A DNA stretch of 64,000 nucleotides from an uncultured Chloroflexia bacterium (GCA_963741445.1 CAVUIE010000008.1:6857-70856), one strand, 5' to 3'; numbered from the stretch's first letter, positions 1-10,638 are shown. The notes: generated by a model not told the origin, from the sequence alone. Made by a program: numbers and translations.

Positions 1-1
1 C

Positions 2-836
2 ATCGAGAGCGTCGAGGCCGACGGCTCGCCGCGCGACTTCTACGCGACGCACGCGGTGCTGGTGGGGCCGGACCTCGAGCCGCACGACGTGGCGCTGTCG
101 CAGGTCGCGCCGGGCGAGTACGAGGCGACGCTCGGCGAGGTCGATCCGGGCGCGTACGCGATCCGCGTCACGCAGACCAAGCCCGGGTCGTCGCCGCTGG
201 GGCGGACCGTGGGGCTGGTGGCGCCGACCTCGGCGGAGTACCGGCTGCTCGGGACGGACGAGGCGTTCCTCGGGTCGCTGCGGGCCGCGACCGGCGGGAC
301 GGTCATCACGACCGCCCTCCAGCCGTGGACGCACGACCTGACGGTCACGAGCCACTTCACCGACCTGTGGCCGCTGCTGCTGATCCTGGCGCTGCTGCTG
401 TGGCCGCTCGACATCGCGCTGCGGCGGGTCTCGGTGGGTCGTCGCGAGCTCGCGCTGGCACGCGGGTGGGTCCGCGGGATCGGCGGCACGACGGCGAGCG
501 ACGGCACCGCGGACGTCGACCGGGGCGAGCCTGCTGGCGGCGCGGGAGCGGGCGACCGGGGCGCCGTCGCGCGCGTCGCTGCGCGGAGTCGGGACCGCGA
601 CGGCCGAGCCGACGAGTCGAGGGCGCCGAGCGCGCCGGCGGCAACGACGCCGACCGCAAGCGCCGCGCGACGGCGGCGCCACCACCGAAGCCCGCCGCCC
701 CGGCGGCGAAGGCGATCCGAAGCCGACCCCACCGCGGCACCGCCGCCCCCTCCGCCATCGGCTCCGGCCCCGCCCGCCGAGGCTCACCGACACGCTCACC
801 AAGCTTCGCGACGCGAAGCGCGCCAGGGGCCGCTGA
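2..836 (+). CDS. hypothetical membrane-anchored protein, C-terminal part (5' end outside window; frame-disrupted)
   Basis: The frame is open from the window edge. Ectodomain-like text (GAYAIRVTQTKPGSSPLGRTVGLVAPTSAEYRLLG) is followed by one TM helix, LWPLLLILALLLWPLDIALRR. The tail seems to continue in the +1 frame (ASLLAARERA...LTKLRDAKRARGR) to TGA 834-836. No family recognised. Confidence 0.45.
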
Positions 837-892
837 CCTTCGGCCACGGGCCTCGCCGGACGGGTTCGGCGACCGGTGATACCTTCCCAGCG

Positions 893-1382
893 ATGTCCCC
901 CATCCGCCTGGCTGTCGCCGCCCTGCTGATGAGCGCGCTCGTCGCCGGCTGCGGCGTCGTCAGCACCACGCCGCCGGTCCCGCAGCCCCGGCCGACTTCA
1001 CCGACATCGCCAACGGCCTGTCGCGCCTCGGCGATCCGCATCGACCACGTCGTCTCCGGCGACGCCGGGTGCAGCGACCAGGAGCTGATCCCGACCGCGA
1101 TCGGCTTCGACGCGTCCGGCCTCGACCAGGCGAGCGTCGTCCGGCTGCATCTCTTCATCTTCCGGAACCACGACGTCGTTCGAGAAGCTGCGCGGGACGG
1201 TCGACGGCTGCGCGGCCGGCTTCGTCACCGACCCGCAGACCTTCGAGTCGATCGACGAGTCGCCGTACGTCGTCGCGTCGCAGGGCCCGTGGGGCCAGCA
1301 GTTCGAGGCGGCACTCCGGTCCGGGCTCAAGGTCGCCGCCGGCGACGGCGGGGCCGGCGGCGGAGGCTACGGGGCGTACTAG
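893..1382 (+). CDS. putative lipoprotein, unknown function (frame-disrupted near 1165)
   Basis: ATG at 893, with a signal peptide and lipobox (MSPIRLAVAALLMSALVAGC). The downstream text continues in the +1 frame (FEKLRGTVDGCAAGFVTDPQTFESIDESPYVVASQGPWGQQFEAAL) to TAG 1380-1382. Confidence 0.5.
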
Positions 1383-1526
1383 CGCGCCGCCCGTCGCGGT
1401 GCGGTCCGGATGGGCCGTGTGACGTCCGGTCGGCTCCGGTGAGGTGCCGACGACGCCGTCCTTCCTAGCACTCGTGGGACGTCCGGGTCACGGTCACGAT
1501 GAGGGTCCCGACCCGATGGTTCGGGC

Positions 1527-2261
1527 ATGCCCCTCCCCGACCGCCCGGTGTGGCGTCTGCTCACTTCGACGCTGCTCGCCGTGGTCCTCGGGATCGGGGT
1601 CGTGGCGGGCACCGTCGCCCAGGATTCGGGGCCGGTCGCGCCCCCGGCGCCGGTCGCGACGCCGGCTCCGTCCGTGCCACCCGGCGAGGTCAAGGGCATC
1701 ACGGATCCGCCGTCGGATGTCGGCCCCGTCGTCGAGCCCGGCGACCCGAACGACCTGTCGCCGCACCTCGCCCGAGCCGTCGTCGCCACCGCCGCCGGCT
1801 CCGACGCCCGACCGCCCGACCGAAGCCGGCCAAGGTCGCGGCGACCGCCGCCGCCCCGGCCACCTACAAGGGCCGCAACCACGTCTGGATGCCGGCGCTC
1901 CGGATCGACAAGGCGGTCTCCTGGTACGCCTGCTCGAACTCGTCCTACCCGGGCAACCGCGTCTACCGCTGGGGCTGCGCCGGCGTCGAACAACGTCTAC
2001 CTCTTCGGGCACGCCTCGAGCGTCTTCCAGCCGCTCCACGACGCCTACGTCGACGGCCGGCTCAGGAAGGGCATGAAGCTCTGGTACGCCGACGGCGACG
2101 GCGTCGTCCACGCGTACGCGGTCGCGTGGTGGAAGGTCACGACCCCCACGAAGGGCGTCTGGGCCTACGCGGCGCAGTCGAAGCCGAGCCTGACCCTGCA
2201 GACCTGCCTCGGCTCGCGGAGCCAGTACCGGCTGATCGTCCGGCTCACGCAGGTCGACTGA
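1527..2261 (+). CDS. sortase-like transpeptidase with N-terminal TM anchor (frame-disrupted, about three shifts between 1750 and 1990)
   Basis: N-terminal TM segment LLTSTLLAVVLGIGVVAG and a Pro-rich linker. The C-terminal text LFGHASSVF...SLTLQTCLGSRSQYRLIVR resembles the sortase His / TLxTC / Arg signature. The middle part (YKGRNHVWMPALRIDKAVSWY...RWGCAG) reads in another frame. Confidence 0.5.
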   Translation: MPLPDRPVWRLLTSTLLAVVLGIGVVAGTVAQDSGPVAPPAPVATPAPSVPPGEVKGITDPPSDVGPVVEPGDPNDLSPHLARAVVATAAGSDARPPDRSRPRSRRPPPPRPPTRAATTSGCRRSGSTRRSPGTPARTRPTRATASTAGAAPASNNVYLFGHASSVFQPLHDAYVDGRLRKGMKLWYADGDGVVHAYAVAWWKVTTPTKGVWAYAAQSKPSLTLQTCLGSRSQYRLIVRLTQVD

Positions 2262-2285
2262 CCGCGGGCGCCGCGCCGAGGCGCC

Positions 2286-3453
2286 CTAGACGACCCGCAG
2301 CCCGAGGATCCGCCGCGCGATCACGAGCCGCTGGACCTGGCTGGTCCCCTCGCCGATCTCGGTGAGCTTCGCGTCGCGCATGAAGCGCTCGACCGGGTAG
2401 TCGGTGACGTAGCCGTAGCCGCCGTGGACCTGGATGGCGTTGTTCGTCGCCCGCGAGCTGACCTCCGACGCGAACAGCTTGGCCTCGGCGGCGACCAGCC
2501 CGAAGTCGCGGCCCTGGTCCTTGAGCCACGCGGCGCGCCAGACGAGCGCGCGGGCGGCCTCGATCTCGGTCGCCATGTCGGCGATCATGAACGCGACCCC
2601 CTGGAACGAGCCGATCGGCCGGCCGAACTGCTCGCGCGTCTGCGCGTACGGGATCGCGGCGTCGAGCGCGGCCTGCGCGAGCCCGACCGCCAGCGCCCCG
2701 ATGCTGATCCGGCCGCCGTCGAGGATGGCCAGGAACGTCTTGAAGCCGCTCCCCTGCTCGCCGAGCATGTTCGCCGCCGGGACGCGGGCGCCCTCGAAGT
2801 GCAGCTCGCCGGTCGCCGAGGCGTGCAGGCCGAGCTTGTCCTCGAGCCGTCCGACCGAGAAGCCCGGGCGTGTCCGCGGGGACGATGAACGCGCTGATCT
2901 CCGGGTTGCCGTCGTCGCGGGTGCCGGTCCGCGCCGTGACGATGTACGTGCCGGCCTGGCCGGCGTTGGTGATGAAGCGCTTGCCGCCGTCGATGACCCA
3001 GGTGCCGCCGTCGGGGCCGTCCTCGTGGCGGGCCGTCGTGCGCGTGCCGCCCGAGTCGCTGCCGGCGCCCGGCTCGGTCAGCCCGTACGCGCCGATGACC
3101 TTGCCCTGCGCCATCGGGACGAGGAACTCGTCCTGCTGGGCCTTCGTGCCCGCGAGGTGGAGCGGGCCGCAGCCGAGGCTCGTGTGCGCGGCGACGATCA
3201 GCCCGAGCGAGCCCCAGACCCGGCCGATCTCCTCGATCGCGATGGCGTAGGCGAGCGTGTCGAGGCCGGCGCCGCCCTCGTCCTCGGGGATCGGGATGCC
3301 GAGCCAGCCGAGCTCGCCGAGCCGCCGGACGATCTCGATCGGGAAGCGACGCTCGCGCTCGTGCTCCTCGATGACCGGCGCGACCTCGGTGAGCATGAAG
3401 TCGCGGATGGTGTCCCGCAGCAGCGCGTGCTCCGGGGAGAGGTCGAGGTCCAT
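2286..3453 (-). CDS. acyl-CoA dehydrogenase (one frameshift as assembled)
   Basis: The N-terminal two thirds lie in the frame of ORF 2245..3453 (GAYGLTEPGAGSDSGG, KRFITNAG). The C-terminal third lies in ORF 2286..2768 (QFGRPIGSFQGVAFMIADMATEIEAAR, IQVHGGYGYV). The junction reads TPG|FSVGRLEDKLG, with one extra base in the CCCGGG run at 2863-2868. Confidence 0.85.
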
Positions 3454-3466
3454 GCACCGCCGAGCG

Positions 3467-3502
3467 TAGCACCGGGACAGCGCCGGACGGGCGCCGGTGC
3501 TA
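3467..3502. promoter_or_regulatory. perfect 9-bp inverted repeat, candidate operator in a divergent promoter region
   Basis: TAGCACCGG (3467-3475), an 18-nt spacer, then CCGGTGCTA (3494-3502). It lies in the 44-bp gap between the acyl-CoA dehydrogenase start (3453, minus) and the regulator start (3497, plus). Confidence 0.35.
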
Positions 3503-4236
3503 GCCTTCCGGGATGCCCGATCCGAACGCGTCGGTGCCCGCCACCAGCGTGCACATGCCGAGCGCCGCTCCGGCGCCGTCGGCGGCCCGTCGAGCCTGCG
3601 ACGCGATCTGCTGCTGCGCCTCCGCCTCGACGGCCCGTCCTCGCCCGACCAGCTCGCGACGCGGCTCGGCGCATCGCGGACCGGGGTCCTGCAGCAGCTC
3701 CGGGCACTCGAGGCGGCGCATCTCGTCAGCCGCCAGACCGTGCGCCACGGCGTCGGCCGGCCGCGCCACCTCTACGACGTCACCGCCGGATGCCCAGGAC
3801 CTGTTCCCCGCGACCTACGACGCGCTGGCCGCCGGGCTCCTCGCCGCGATCGGCGCGGTCGGCGGCGACGAGCTGCTCGAGGAGGTCTTCGCGGCGCGGC
3901 GCCGGCAGCTCGGCGACCGCGTCCGCGACCAGCTGGCGGAGCGGGTCGCCGCAGGACGCGCCGCTGGTCGTGCGGGTCCGCGAGCTCGCCGAGATCCAGG
4001 CCGCGCAGGGCTACCTCGCCGAGACCGTGGTCGATGCGGACGGCTCGATCCGCCTGCGCGAGCACAACTGCGCCATCTACCACGTCGCGAAGGGCACGCC
4101 CGCCGCCTGCCAGGCCGAGCTGGAGCTGTTCCGCGAGGTCCTCGGCGCCGACGTGATCCGCGAGACGCACATCGTCTCGGGCGACCGCTGCTGCTCGTAC
4201 CGGGTCGAGGAGAAGACGCCGGACCTCGCCGACTAG
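3497..4236 (+). CDS. winged-helix (ArsR/SufR-like) transcriptional regulator with a C-terminal Cys-rich module (two +1 insertions as assembled)
   Basis: HTH text RRDLLLRLRLDGPSSPDQLATRLGASRTGVLQQLRALEAAHLVSRQ is in the frame of 3497. The middle part DAQDLFPATYDALAAGLLAAIG is in the next frame. The C-terminal part REHNCAIYHVAKGTPAACQAELELFREVLGADVIRETHIVSGDRCCSYRV is in the frame ending at 4236. Shifts occur near 3786 and 3953. The start (GTG 3497) is uncertain. Confidence 0.7.
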
Positions 4237-4260
4237 GCGAAGTGGCGGGGGCGCCGGTCG

Positions 4261-4287
4261 GGTGCCGGTGCGGGCCGTACCGGCACC
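4261..4287 (+). terminator. stem-loop downstream of the regulator gene (possible intrinsic terminator, no clear U-tract)
   Basis: GGTGCCGGT, a 9-nt loop, then ACCGGCACC. It starts 25 nt after the stop at 4236. Confidence 0.35.
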
Positions 4288-4536
4288 CTTGTCCGACCCC
4301 ACAAGACTCCCAGGCTTAGGTTCTGGGCTTCGGAACCCATAGGCGCTCGTCTCGCGCGCGCTGGACGGGTCGGGCACGCACGCTCGAGCGCGTGCTCACG
4401 GTAGATGGCGTTCTGAGAGGCTCCGCACGGCGCCCACGGGCGTCCTTGTGCGTGGGCTAAGACTGGGAGACGTTGCCGAGGGGAGAAGGTGCGGGTGGGC
4501 CTGCACGCGTCACGGCCACGGATCGGCCACGACCGA

Positions 4537-5589
4537 CTACGCCTCTTCGCGCTCCACGACCGCGCGGCGCGCGGGCTCCAGCACCGGCGCCGGCACGTCC
4601 GTGACGTTCGGCACGAACGACGCCGCCAGCGACGTCTCGGCGGCCTGCACCTGGTCCGCGGCGGACAGGATGCCGAGGCGACCCAGCTGGGCCATCTCGT
4701 CGCGGATGTAGGTCTTGAGCATCTCGGGGCCGTCGGTGTTGATCGTGAACCGGACCTCGTTGCGCCGCAGCGTGTCGAAGATCCAGCGGAACTCCTCCCA
4801 GCCGCTGACGACCTTGGTGTTGAGGTTCGAGGTCGGGCAGATCTCGAGGACGATGCCGCGCTCGCGGATCATCGACATCGCCCGCGGGTCGTAGGCCGCC
4901 TTGACGCCGTGGCCGATGCGGTCCGGCTCGAGCAGCTCGACGACCCGCGCGATCTCGTCGATCGGGCCGGACTCGCCGGTGTGCACCGTCAGCCCGAGGC
5001 CGTACTGGCGCGCCCGCCGGAAGAGCCGCCGGTAGTCGGCGACGCGGAAGGTCGTCGCCTCGGGGCCGGCGATGTCGATGCCGACGACGCCGCGGTCCCG
5101 CCAGGCGATCGCCTTCTCCGCGATGATCTCGTTGAGCTCGTACGGGAACGCGCGGTCGAGGCAGAAGATCAGACCCGGCTTGACCGGGTACTCGAGCGTC
5201 GCCTTGTCCATGCCGCGGACCGCCGCCGCGATGATGTGGTCGAGGTCCTGCTCGCCGCCGCGGTTCCGCTTCATCGGGTTGAAGCGGAGCTCCATGGTCG
5301 TGACGTTGTTCTTCCGGTACGCCCCGCCGACGACCTCGTAGACGGCCCGCTCGACGGCGAGCGGCGAGCTCTGGATCAGCTCGGTCCAGTGGAAGAGCTG
5401 GAGATAGCCGTCGAAGCTCTGCGAGCGCTTCGACACGGTGATCATGTCCCGGAACTCCCAGTAGTCCTTGGTCGGGAGCTTGATGCCCTGGGAGTGGGCG
5501 ATCCCCCACATGATCGCCGGGGTCACGGCGCCGCCGAGATGGCAGTGCAGCTCCGCGAGGGCGATCTTGCGGGAGAGCGGTCGGGCCAT
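4537..5589 (-). CDS. add: adenosine deaminase family protein
   Basis: Intact 350-aa ORF with the motifs ELHCHLGG, LTVHTGES and FTINTDGPE, typical of the adenosine/AMP deaminase metal-dependent hydrolase family. Confidence 0.88.
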   Translation of the reverse strand: MARPLSRKIALAELHCHLGGAVTPAIMWGIAHSQGIKLPTKDYWEFRDMITVSKRSQSFDGYLQLFHWTELIQSSPLAVERAVYEVVGGAYRKNNVTTMELRFNPMKRNRGGEQDLDHIIAAAVRGMDKATLEYPVKPGLIFCLDRAFPYELNEIIAEKAIAWRDRGVVGIDIAGPEATTFRVADYRRLFRRARQYGLGLTVHTGESGPIDEIARVVELLEPDRIGHGVKAAYDPRAMSMIRERGIVLEICPTSNLNTKVVSGWEEFRWIFDTLRRNEVRFTINTDGPEMLKTYIRDEMAQLGRLGILSAADQVQAAETSLAASFVPNVTDVPAPVLEPARRAVVEREEA

Positions 5590-5604
5590 ACCGGGAGGAT
5601 AGCG

Positions 5605-7166
5605 TCAGCCCGGGGCGGGCGCCGAGGGGGTCGAAGGTCCAGGGCGCAGCTCGACGTGCCAGGTCTCGACGTGGCGCTCGGCGGCCGTCGCATCCAGGCC
5701 ACGGTCATCGCGTAGACGCCGGGCGGCCACGGCGCGGTCGTCCGGGGCCGCGAACCCGACCCACGGCGCCCCGCCGTGGTTGGACGACACGCCGCCGACG
5801 GACGTGATCGGACCGAGGGGCACGTCCGGCGCCAGGCGCGCGATCCCGGCTCGTCTCGATCCGCGCGTGCGAGGGCAGCATCACGCCGAGCCCGGTCGCC
5901 CGTGGCAGGTAGACGCGGGCGACCGTGGGCCGGGCCGCCGGGTCGAGCCCCGCCAGGCTGGCGGCCCAGGCCCCGGTCTCGTCCAGCGGGTCGACGGGCG
6001 CGGCGCGCAGCGGCACGGCCGACGCCGTCCACCGTCGCGAACGGTCCGACGAGGACTGCGGACGGGTCGCTCGAGGCGAGCGGCACGAGGCGGGTGACGT
6101 CCGGATACGCGGGAACGTTCGGTGGCGGGACCGTGCCGTCGGGCCTGGGATCGCCACGTCGACCCGCCGGATCGTGCCCTCGACGAGGGCGTCCACGCGG
6201 TAGCGCCCGGCAGGGAACGCGATCGCCCGGCCCGGGATCGCGAGCACCAGCGGCCCGCCGACGATCGCGTCGTCGATCGGGTTCGCGTCGACCCACTCCA
6301 GATCGCCGTCGGCCCGCACTCGCCAGATGCGCACGTCCTCGGCGATGGCTCCGGGCTCCGTCGCCACCCCGAGCGCGACGATCGACTGGCCTCGGGTATC
6401 GAGGACGGTCGGGCCATCGGACGCCGGCGTGTGCCAGCCCTCGAAGTAGACGGGGTAGCCGGCGGAACCGGTCGAGGCGGACCAGTCGACCGTGACGACG
6501 TCGACGGCAAAGACCGGGTTCGGGAACCCGGAGCGCTCGACGGCGGCCCATGAGAGGCCCGGGGATGGCGGCGTCGTCGTCCCCAACTGTTCCGGGATCG
6601 TCACGTCCGAGCTGCCGGGTCTCCCCATCGACCACCGCCTCGATCCGGTAGCGGCCCGGCGCGAACGCTGTCAGCTGGCCGGACGGCGCGAGGACGACGG
6701 CTCCGCCCGTCGCCACGCCGCCGACCGGGGCGGCCTCCAGCGACTCCAGGGCGCCGGCCGGTCCGACCCGCCAGATCCGGACCGCCTCGACCACGCCCTC
6801 GGCATGCGGTGCGACGCCGAGCGCGACGATCGATCGGCCTCCTGGATCGAGTTCGGTCGGGCCATCGGGCGACGGCGTCAGGTATTCCGCGGCATAGACC
6901 GGATGGCCGAGCGGGCGCGTCGATGACGAACGGTCGACAGTCACGATGTCGATCCGAAGTCCTGGCGCGACCGACGAGGCAGCATCGGTGGGAGTGGCCG
7001 CAGAGGGGCTCGCGACGGCGACACCGTTCGACTTGTCGTCGCTGCTCTGCCAGGGCTTCAGGACCGCGAGCGCCAGACCGGCGATGATCGCGACGACGAG
7101 GAGCGCGACCGGTTCGATCCGGCGGCGCGGCCGCCCGAGCGGGACCGGATCGAACTCGACGCTCAC
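5605..7166 (-). CDS. hypothetical membrane-anchored protein with three tandem ~150-aa repeats (several frame changes as assembled)
   Basis: N-terminal TM segment VALLVVAIIAGLALAVL. Repeat 1 (VDIVTVDRSSSTRPLGHPVYAAEY...SIVALGVAPHAEG...VRIWRV...GRYRIEAVVDG) is in the frame of 7166. Repeat 2 (VDVVTVDWSASTGSAGYPVYFEGW...SIVALGVATEPG...VRIWRV...GRYRVDALVEG) is in the frame of 6628. A third, degenerate copy is spread over three frames down to the stop at 5605-5607. Confidence 0.55.
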
Positions 7167-7178
7167 GCGTGCCGCCGA

Positions 7179-8243
7179 CTACCCCGCGAGCGGGACGATC
7201 CGGCCCTCGTCGTCGATCGTGGCCTGGCGGCGCAAGCGCTTCAGCTCGGCGCCGGGCACCTGGTCGCGGGCGTGGTAGCTCGAGCGGACGAGCGGCGCCG
7301 ACTCGACGTGCTTGAACCCGAGCCCCAGCGCCTCGACCTTCATCTCGGCGAACTCGTCGGGGTGGTAGTAGCGCTCGAGCGGCAGGTGCTGCAGCGACGG
7401 CCGCAGGTACTGGCCGATGGTCAGGATGTCGACGTCGTTCTCGCGCAGCGCCTCGAACGCCTCGGTCAGCTCGGGCCGCGTCTCGCCGAGGCCGACCATC
7501 AGGCTCGACTTCGTGTGGACGGGGTAGCCGATCTCCTGGGCCATCTCCTTCGCGCGTCGCAGCACGTACAGCGAGCGGTCCCAGCGCGCGCGCTTGCGGA
7601 CCGGCTTCTGGAGCCGTCTCACGGTCTCGAGGTTGTGGTTGAGGATGTCCGGCCGGGCGGCCATGACGGTCTGCAGGCGGGCGTCGGCGCCGTCGAAGTC
7701 GGGGATCAGGACCTCGATGCCCATCCCGGGCGAGTGCTCGCGCATCGCGAGGATGGTCTCGGCGAAGATCCTCGAACCTCCGTCCGGCAGGTCGTCGCGG
7801 GCGACGCTGGTCACGACCACGTGCTCGAGGCGCATCGCCCCGACCGCCTCCGCGACCCGGCGCGGCTCGTCGTCGTCGAACCAGGTGGGCCGGCCGGTCT
7901 TCACCGCGCAGAAGCCGCAGGCCCGCGTGCACGTGTCGCCCAGGATCATGATCGTGGCCGTGCGCTGGTCCCAGCATTCCCCGATGTTGGGGCAGTGGGC
8001 CTCCTCGCAGACCGTGTTGAGCGAGAGGCCACGCAGCAGCCCCTTGAGGTCGTGGTAGTTCTCGCCGGACGGCATGCGGGCGCGGATCCAGTCGGGATGG
8101 CGTCGCGGCGCCATCGAGCCGTCGGCGGCGGGCTGCCCCTCCGCTCCTCCGCCGAGCGCGATCGGGAGGTCCGGGCGGCCGTGGGCGCCGCCATGGCCGG
8201 CATCGTCGTCCGGTGGCTGGAACATCGGAAGGTCGCGCGCCAT
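7179..8243 (-). CDS. lipA: lipoyl synthase
   Basis: Intact 354-aa ORF carrying the cluster motifs CPNIGECW and CTRACGFC, with LipA-type sequence throughout. Confidence 0.95.
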   Translation of the reverse strand: MARDLPMFQPPDDDAGHGGAHGRPDLPIALGGGAEGQPAADGSMAPRRHPDWIRARMPSGENYHDLKGLLRGLSLNTVCEEAHCPNIGECWDQRTATIMILGDTCTRACGFCAVKTGRPTWFDDDEPRRVAEAVGAMRLEHVVVTSVARDDLPDGGSRIFAETILAMREHSPGMGIEVLIPDFDGADARLQTVMAARPDILNHNLETVRRLQKPVRKRARWDRSLYVLRRAKEMAQEIGYPVHTKSSLMVGLGETRPELTEAFEALRENDVDILTIGQYLRPSLQHLPLERYYHPDEFAEMKVEALGLGFKHVESAPLVRSSYHARDQVPGAELKRLRRQATIDDEGRIVPLAG

Positions 8244-8263
8244 GGGCCGGAGTGTACGACCGA

Positions 8264-9250
8264 TCAGCCCGGCGGGCCGGCGGTCTCGGCGAGCACCGCA
8301 GGCAGCCCGACCGCGAGCGATCGCGGGTCGAAGCCGAGCTCGGTGGCGGCGCGCCTAGAGGTCGCCCAATACGTCACCCCGATCGACGCGCTGACGATCT
8401 CGCGGAGGTTCGGGGACAGCCCGAACCACGCCCCGCGGTTCGGGAACAGGAACGCGCCGATGCGCAACGGGAGGTCCGGGATCTCGAGGCGCGGCAGGCG
8501 GTGTCCGCCGGCCCTGGCCGCGATCCGCAGCGCGTCGCGGATCCGCACGGTGTCGCCGCCCAGGACATAGGTCCGGCCCATGACGCCCCGGTCGAGCGCG
8601 GCGAGGATCCCACGGGCCAGGTCCTCGACGTGGACGAAGCCGAGTCCGACCCCGCCGAGCCCGACGAACGGGAGCGTGCCCGCGTAGGCCTGCGCGAGCT
8701 GGTCGCCGAGCGGCGTGTGGTCGCCGGGCCCGTACACCTGCGACGGCATGACGATGATGGCTGGCGCGCCGTCCGCGATGCGCCGCTCCACCTCGACATG
8801 CGCACGCCACTTGGTCTCGTCGTACCAGCTCAGGAAGCCATCGGTCGGGTCGCGCCGGTAGGTCTCGTCGACGATGGCCCCCCTGGTGTTGCCGAAGACG
8901 TTGATCGTCGAGACGTAGACGGTCCTCGGGACCCGCCTCGCGATGGCGGCGTCGAGCGTCCGGGCCGCGGTCCCGACGTTGGCGTCCTCCATCGCGGGGC
9001 GCTCGGATGCGGCGATCCCGATCCGGTACGAGCCGGCGCCGTGGATCAGCGCGTCCGCGCCCTCGAGCGACGCGGCGATCGTCGTCGAGTCGTGCAGGTC
9101 GTCGGCGACGAGCGTCAGACCGAGTGGCTCCGGCGCCGTCCATCGCGCGGGGTCGCGGACGAGGGCGACGACCTCGTCCCCGCGGGCGAGGAGCTGGCGG
9201 ACCACCGCGCCACCGACGAACCCCCCGCCACCGGTGACCGCGACGCGCAT
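8264..9250 (-). CDS. NAD-dependent epimerase/dehydratase (extended SDR) family protein
   Basis: Intact 328-aa ORF with the Rossmann motif TGGGGFVG and a YDETK catalytic-type motif. Its start overlaps the E2 stop (TGATG). Confidence 0.85.
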   Translation of the reverse strand: MRVAVTGGGGFVGGAVVRQLLARGDEVVALVRDPARWTAPEPLGLTLVADDLHDSTTIAASLEGADALIHGAGSYRIGIAASERPAMEDANVGTAARTLDAAIARRVPRTVYVSTINVFGNTRGAIVDETYRRDPTDGFLSWYDETKWRAHVEVERRIADGAPAIIVMPSQVYGPGDHTPLGDQLAQAYAGTLPFVGLGGVGLGFVHVEDLARGILAALDRGVMGRTYVLGGDTVRIRDALRIAARAGGHRLPRLEIPDLPLRIGAFLFPNRGAWFGLSPNLREIVSASIGVTYWATSRRAATELGFDPRSLAVGLPAVLAETAGPPG

Positions 9251-10638
9251 CAGTAGACGGGCGTGTCGGTCCCGACGGCTTCGAGCGCGGCCTTGATCAC
9301 GCGCAAGAAGGCCGCCGCCTGGGCGCCGTCATTCGCGCGATGGTCGATCGCGAGGACCATGTTCATGACCGGGCGGATGGCGATCACGTCGCCCTCGGGT
9401 GTCTCGCGGACGACCGGGCGCTTGGTGATGGCCTCCATCGTCAGGATCGCGACTTCCGGCACGTTGATGATCGGCATCGTGAGGTTCGATCCGAACCAGC
9501 CGGTGTTGTCGATGGTGAAGGTGCTGCCACCGTAGTCGTCGAGGCGGAGCTTGCCGGCCCGGGCACGCGCCGCCACGTCGGCGATCGCGTGGTTGAGGCC
9601 GTTGATCGAGAGCTGGTCAACGTCGCGGACGACCGGCACCAAGAGCCCGTCGTCGACGGCCACGGCCACGCCCATGTTGATGCGGCGCTTGGCGAGGAGG
9701 CCGGCGTCGGTCCAGTGGCTGTTGAAGGTCGGGTACTGCTTCAGCGCATCGACCGCGGCCTTGATGACGAACGGGACGTAGCTGAGCGAGAGCCCCTCGC
9801 GGGCCTGGTAGTCACGCTTGGCCGCCTCGCGCGCCCGGACGAGCCCGCTGGCATCGACCTCCATGTGGACGTAGGCGTGGGGCACGGCCAGGGCGCGGGT
9901 CATCTGCGCCGCGATGCCCTTGCGCATCTGGGTCATCGGCAGCAGGAGCTCGTCCGCGCCGGGCGGGAAGGCGATGGCGCCGCCCGCCGGGGCGCTGGCC
10001 TTCGGGGCTGCGCTCGGGGCGGCGGGGGCTGCCGTCGATCTGCCGTTCGTGGCCGGTGCGGCGCCGCCGGTCCGGATCGACTCGACCACGGCGAGGACAT
10101 CGTCGCGGGTGATCCGGCCGCCACCGCCGGTGCCGGGGACCTGCTCGGGGCTGAGACCGTGCTCTCGCAGGAGCCGCCGGACGGCCGGGGTCATGCGCGC
10201 GTCCGGGTCGCCCGTCGCGGCAAGGGTCGCGGCCGGGGCCAGTGGCGCGGCCGCGGTCGGGGCCGGTGCGGCGATGGGAGCGGATGCGGCGGCCGCGGGC
10301 GCGGGGCGCTCATCGGAGCCCGCGGGACCATGCGCCGGCTCGGGCGCGGCTGTCGGGGCGGACGTCGTGGTCGGCGCGGTGGCCTCGGGTGCGGACGCCT
10401 CATCCGCGGTGTCGATGATCGCGATCTCGGCCTCGTTGGGGACGGTCTCGCCCTCCTGGACCAGGATCTCCTTGAGGATGCCCGCGAACGGCGACGGAAC
10501 CTCGGCGTTGACCTTGTCGGTGATGACCTCGAGCAGCGGCTCGTACTTGTCGACGTGGTCGCCGGGCTGCTTCAGCCATTTGCCGATCGTGCCCTCGGCG
10601 ACGCTCTCGCCGAGCTGGGGCATCGTTACCTTGGCCAC
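9250..10638 (-). CDS. dihydrolipoamide acyltransferase, E2 component of a 2-oxoacid dehydrogenase complex
   Basis: Lipoyl domain (MPQLGESVAEGTIGKWLK...LLEVITDKVNAEVPSP), Ala/Pro linkers, a peripheral subunit-binding domain (TPAVRRLLREHGLSPEQVPGTGGGGRITRDDV) and a catalytic DHRANDG. GGAGGA lies 9 nt upstream of GTG 10638; the alternative start is ATG 10623. Confidence 0.9.
   Translation of the reverse strand: MAKVTMPQLGESVAEGTIGKWLKQPGDHVDKYEPLLEVITDKVNAEVPSPFAGILKEILVQEGETVPNEAEIAIIDTADEASAPEATAPTTTSAPTAAPEPAHGPAGSDERPAPAAAASAPIAAPAPTAAAPLAPAATLAATGDPDARMTPAVRRLLREHGLSPEQVPGTGGGGRITRDDVLAVVESIRTGGAAPATNGRSTAAPAAPSAAPKASAPAGGAIAFPPGADELLLPMTQMRKGIAAQMTRALAVPHAYVHMEVDASGLVRAREAAKRDYQAREGLSLSYVPFVIKAAVDALKQYPTFNSHWTDAGLLAKRRINMGVAVAVDDGLLVPVVRDVDQLSINGLNHAIADVAARARAGKLRLDDYGGSTFTIDNTGWFGSNLTMPIINVPEVAILTMEAITKRPVVRETPEGDVIAIRPVMNMVLAIDHRANDGAQAAAFLRVIKAALEAVGTDTPVY

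Noticed and set aside
4237-4536. Known housekeeping RNA (SRP RNA, 6S RNA, RNase P RNA, tmRNA) in the long convergent spacer.
   Set aside because: I could not find any of the conserved signature sequences of these RNAs on either strand. The region is kept only as an unclassified structured spacer.
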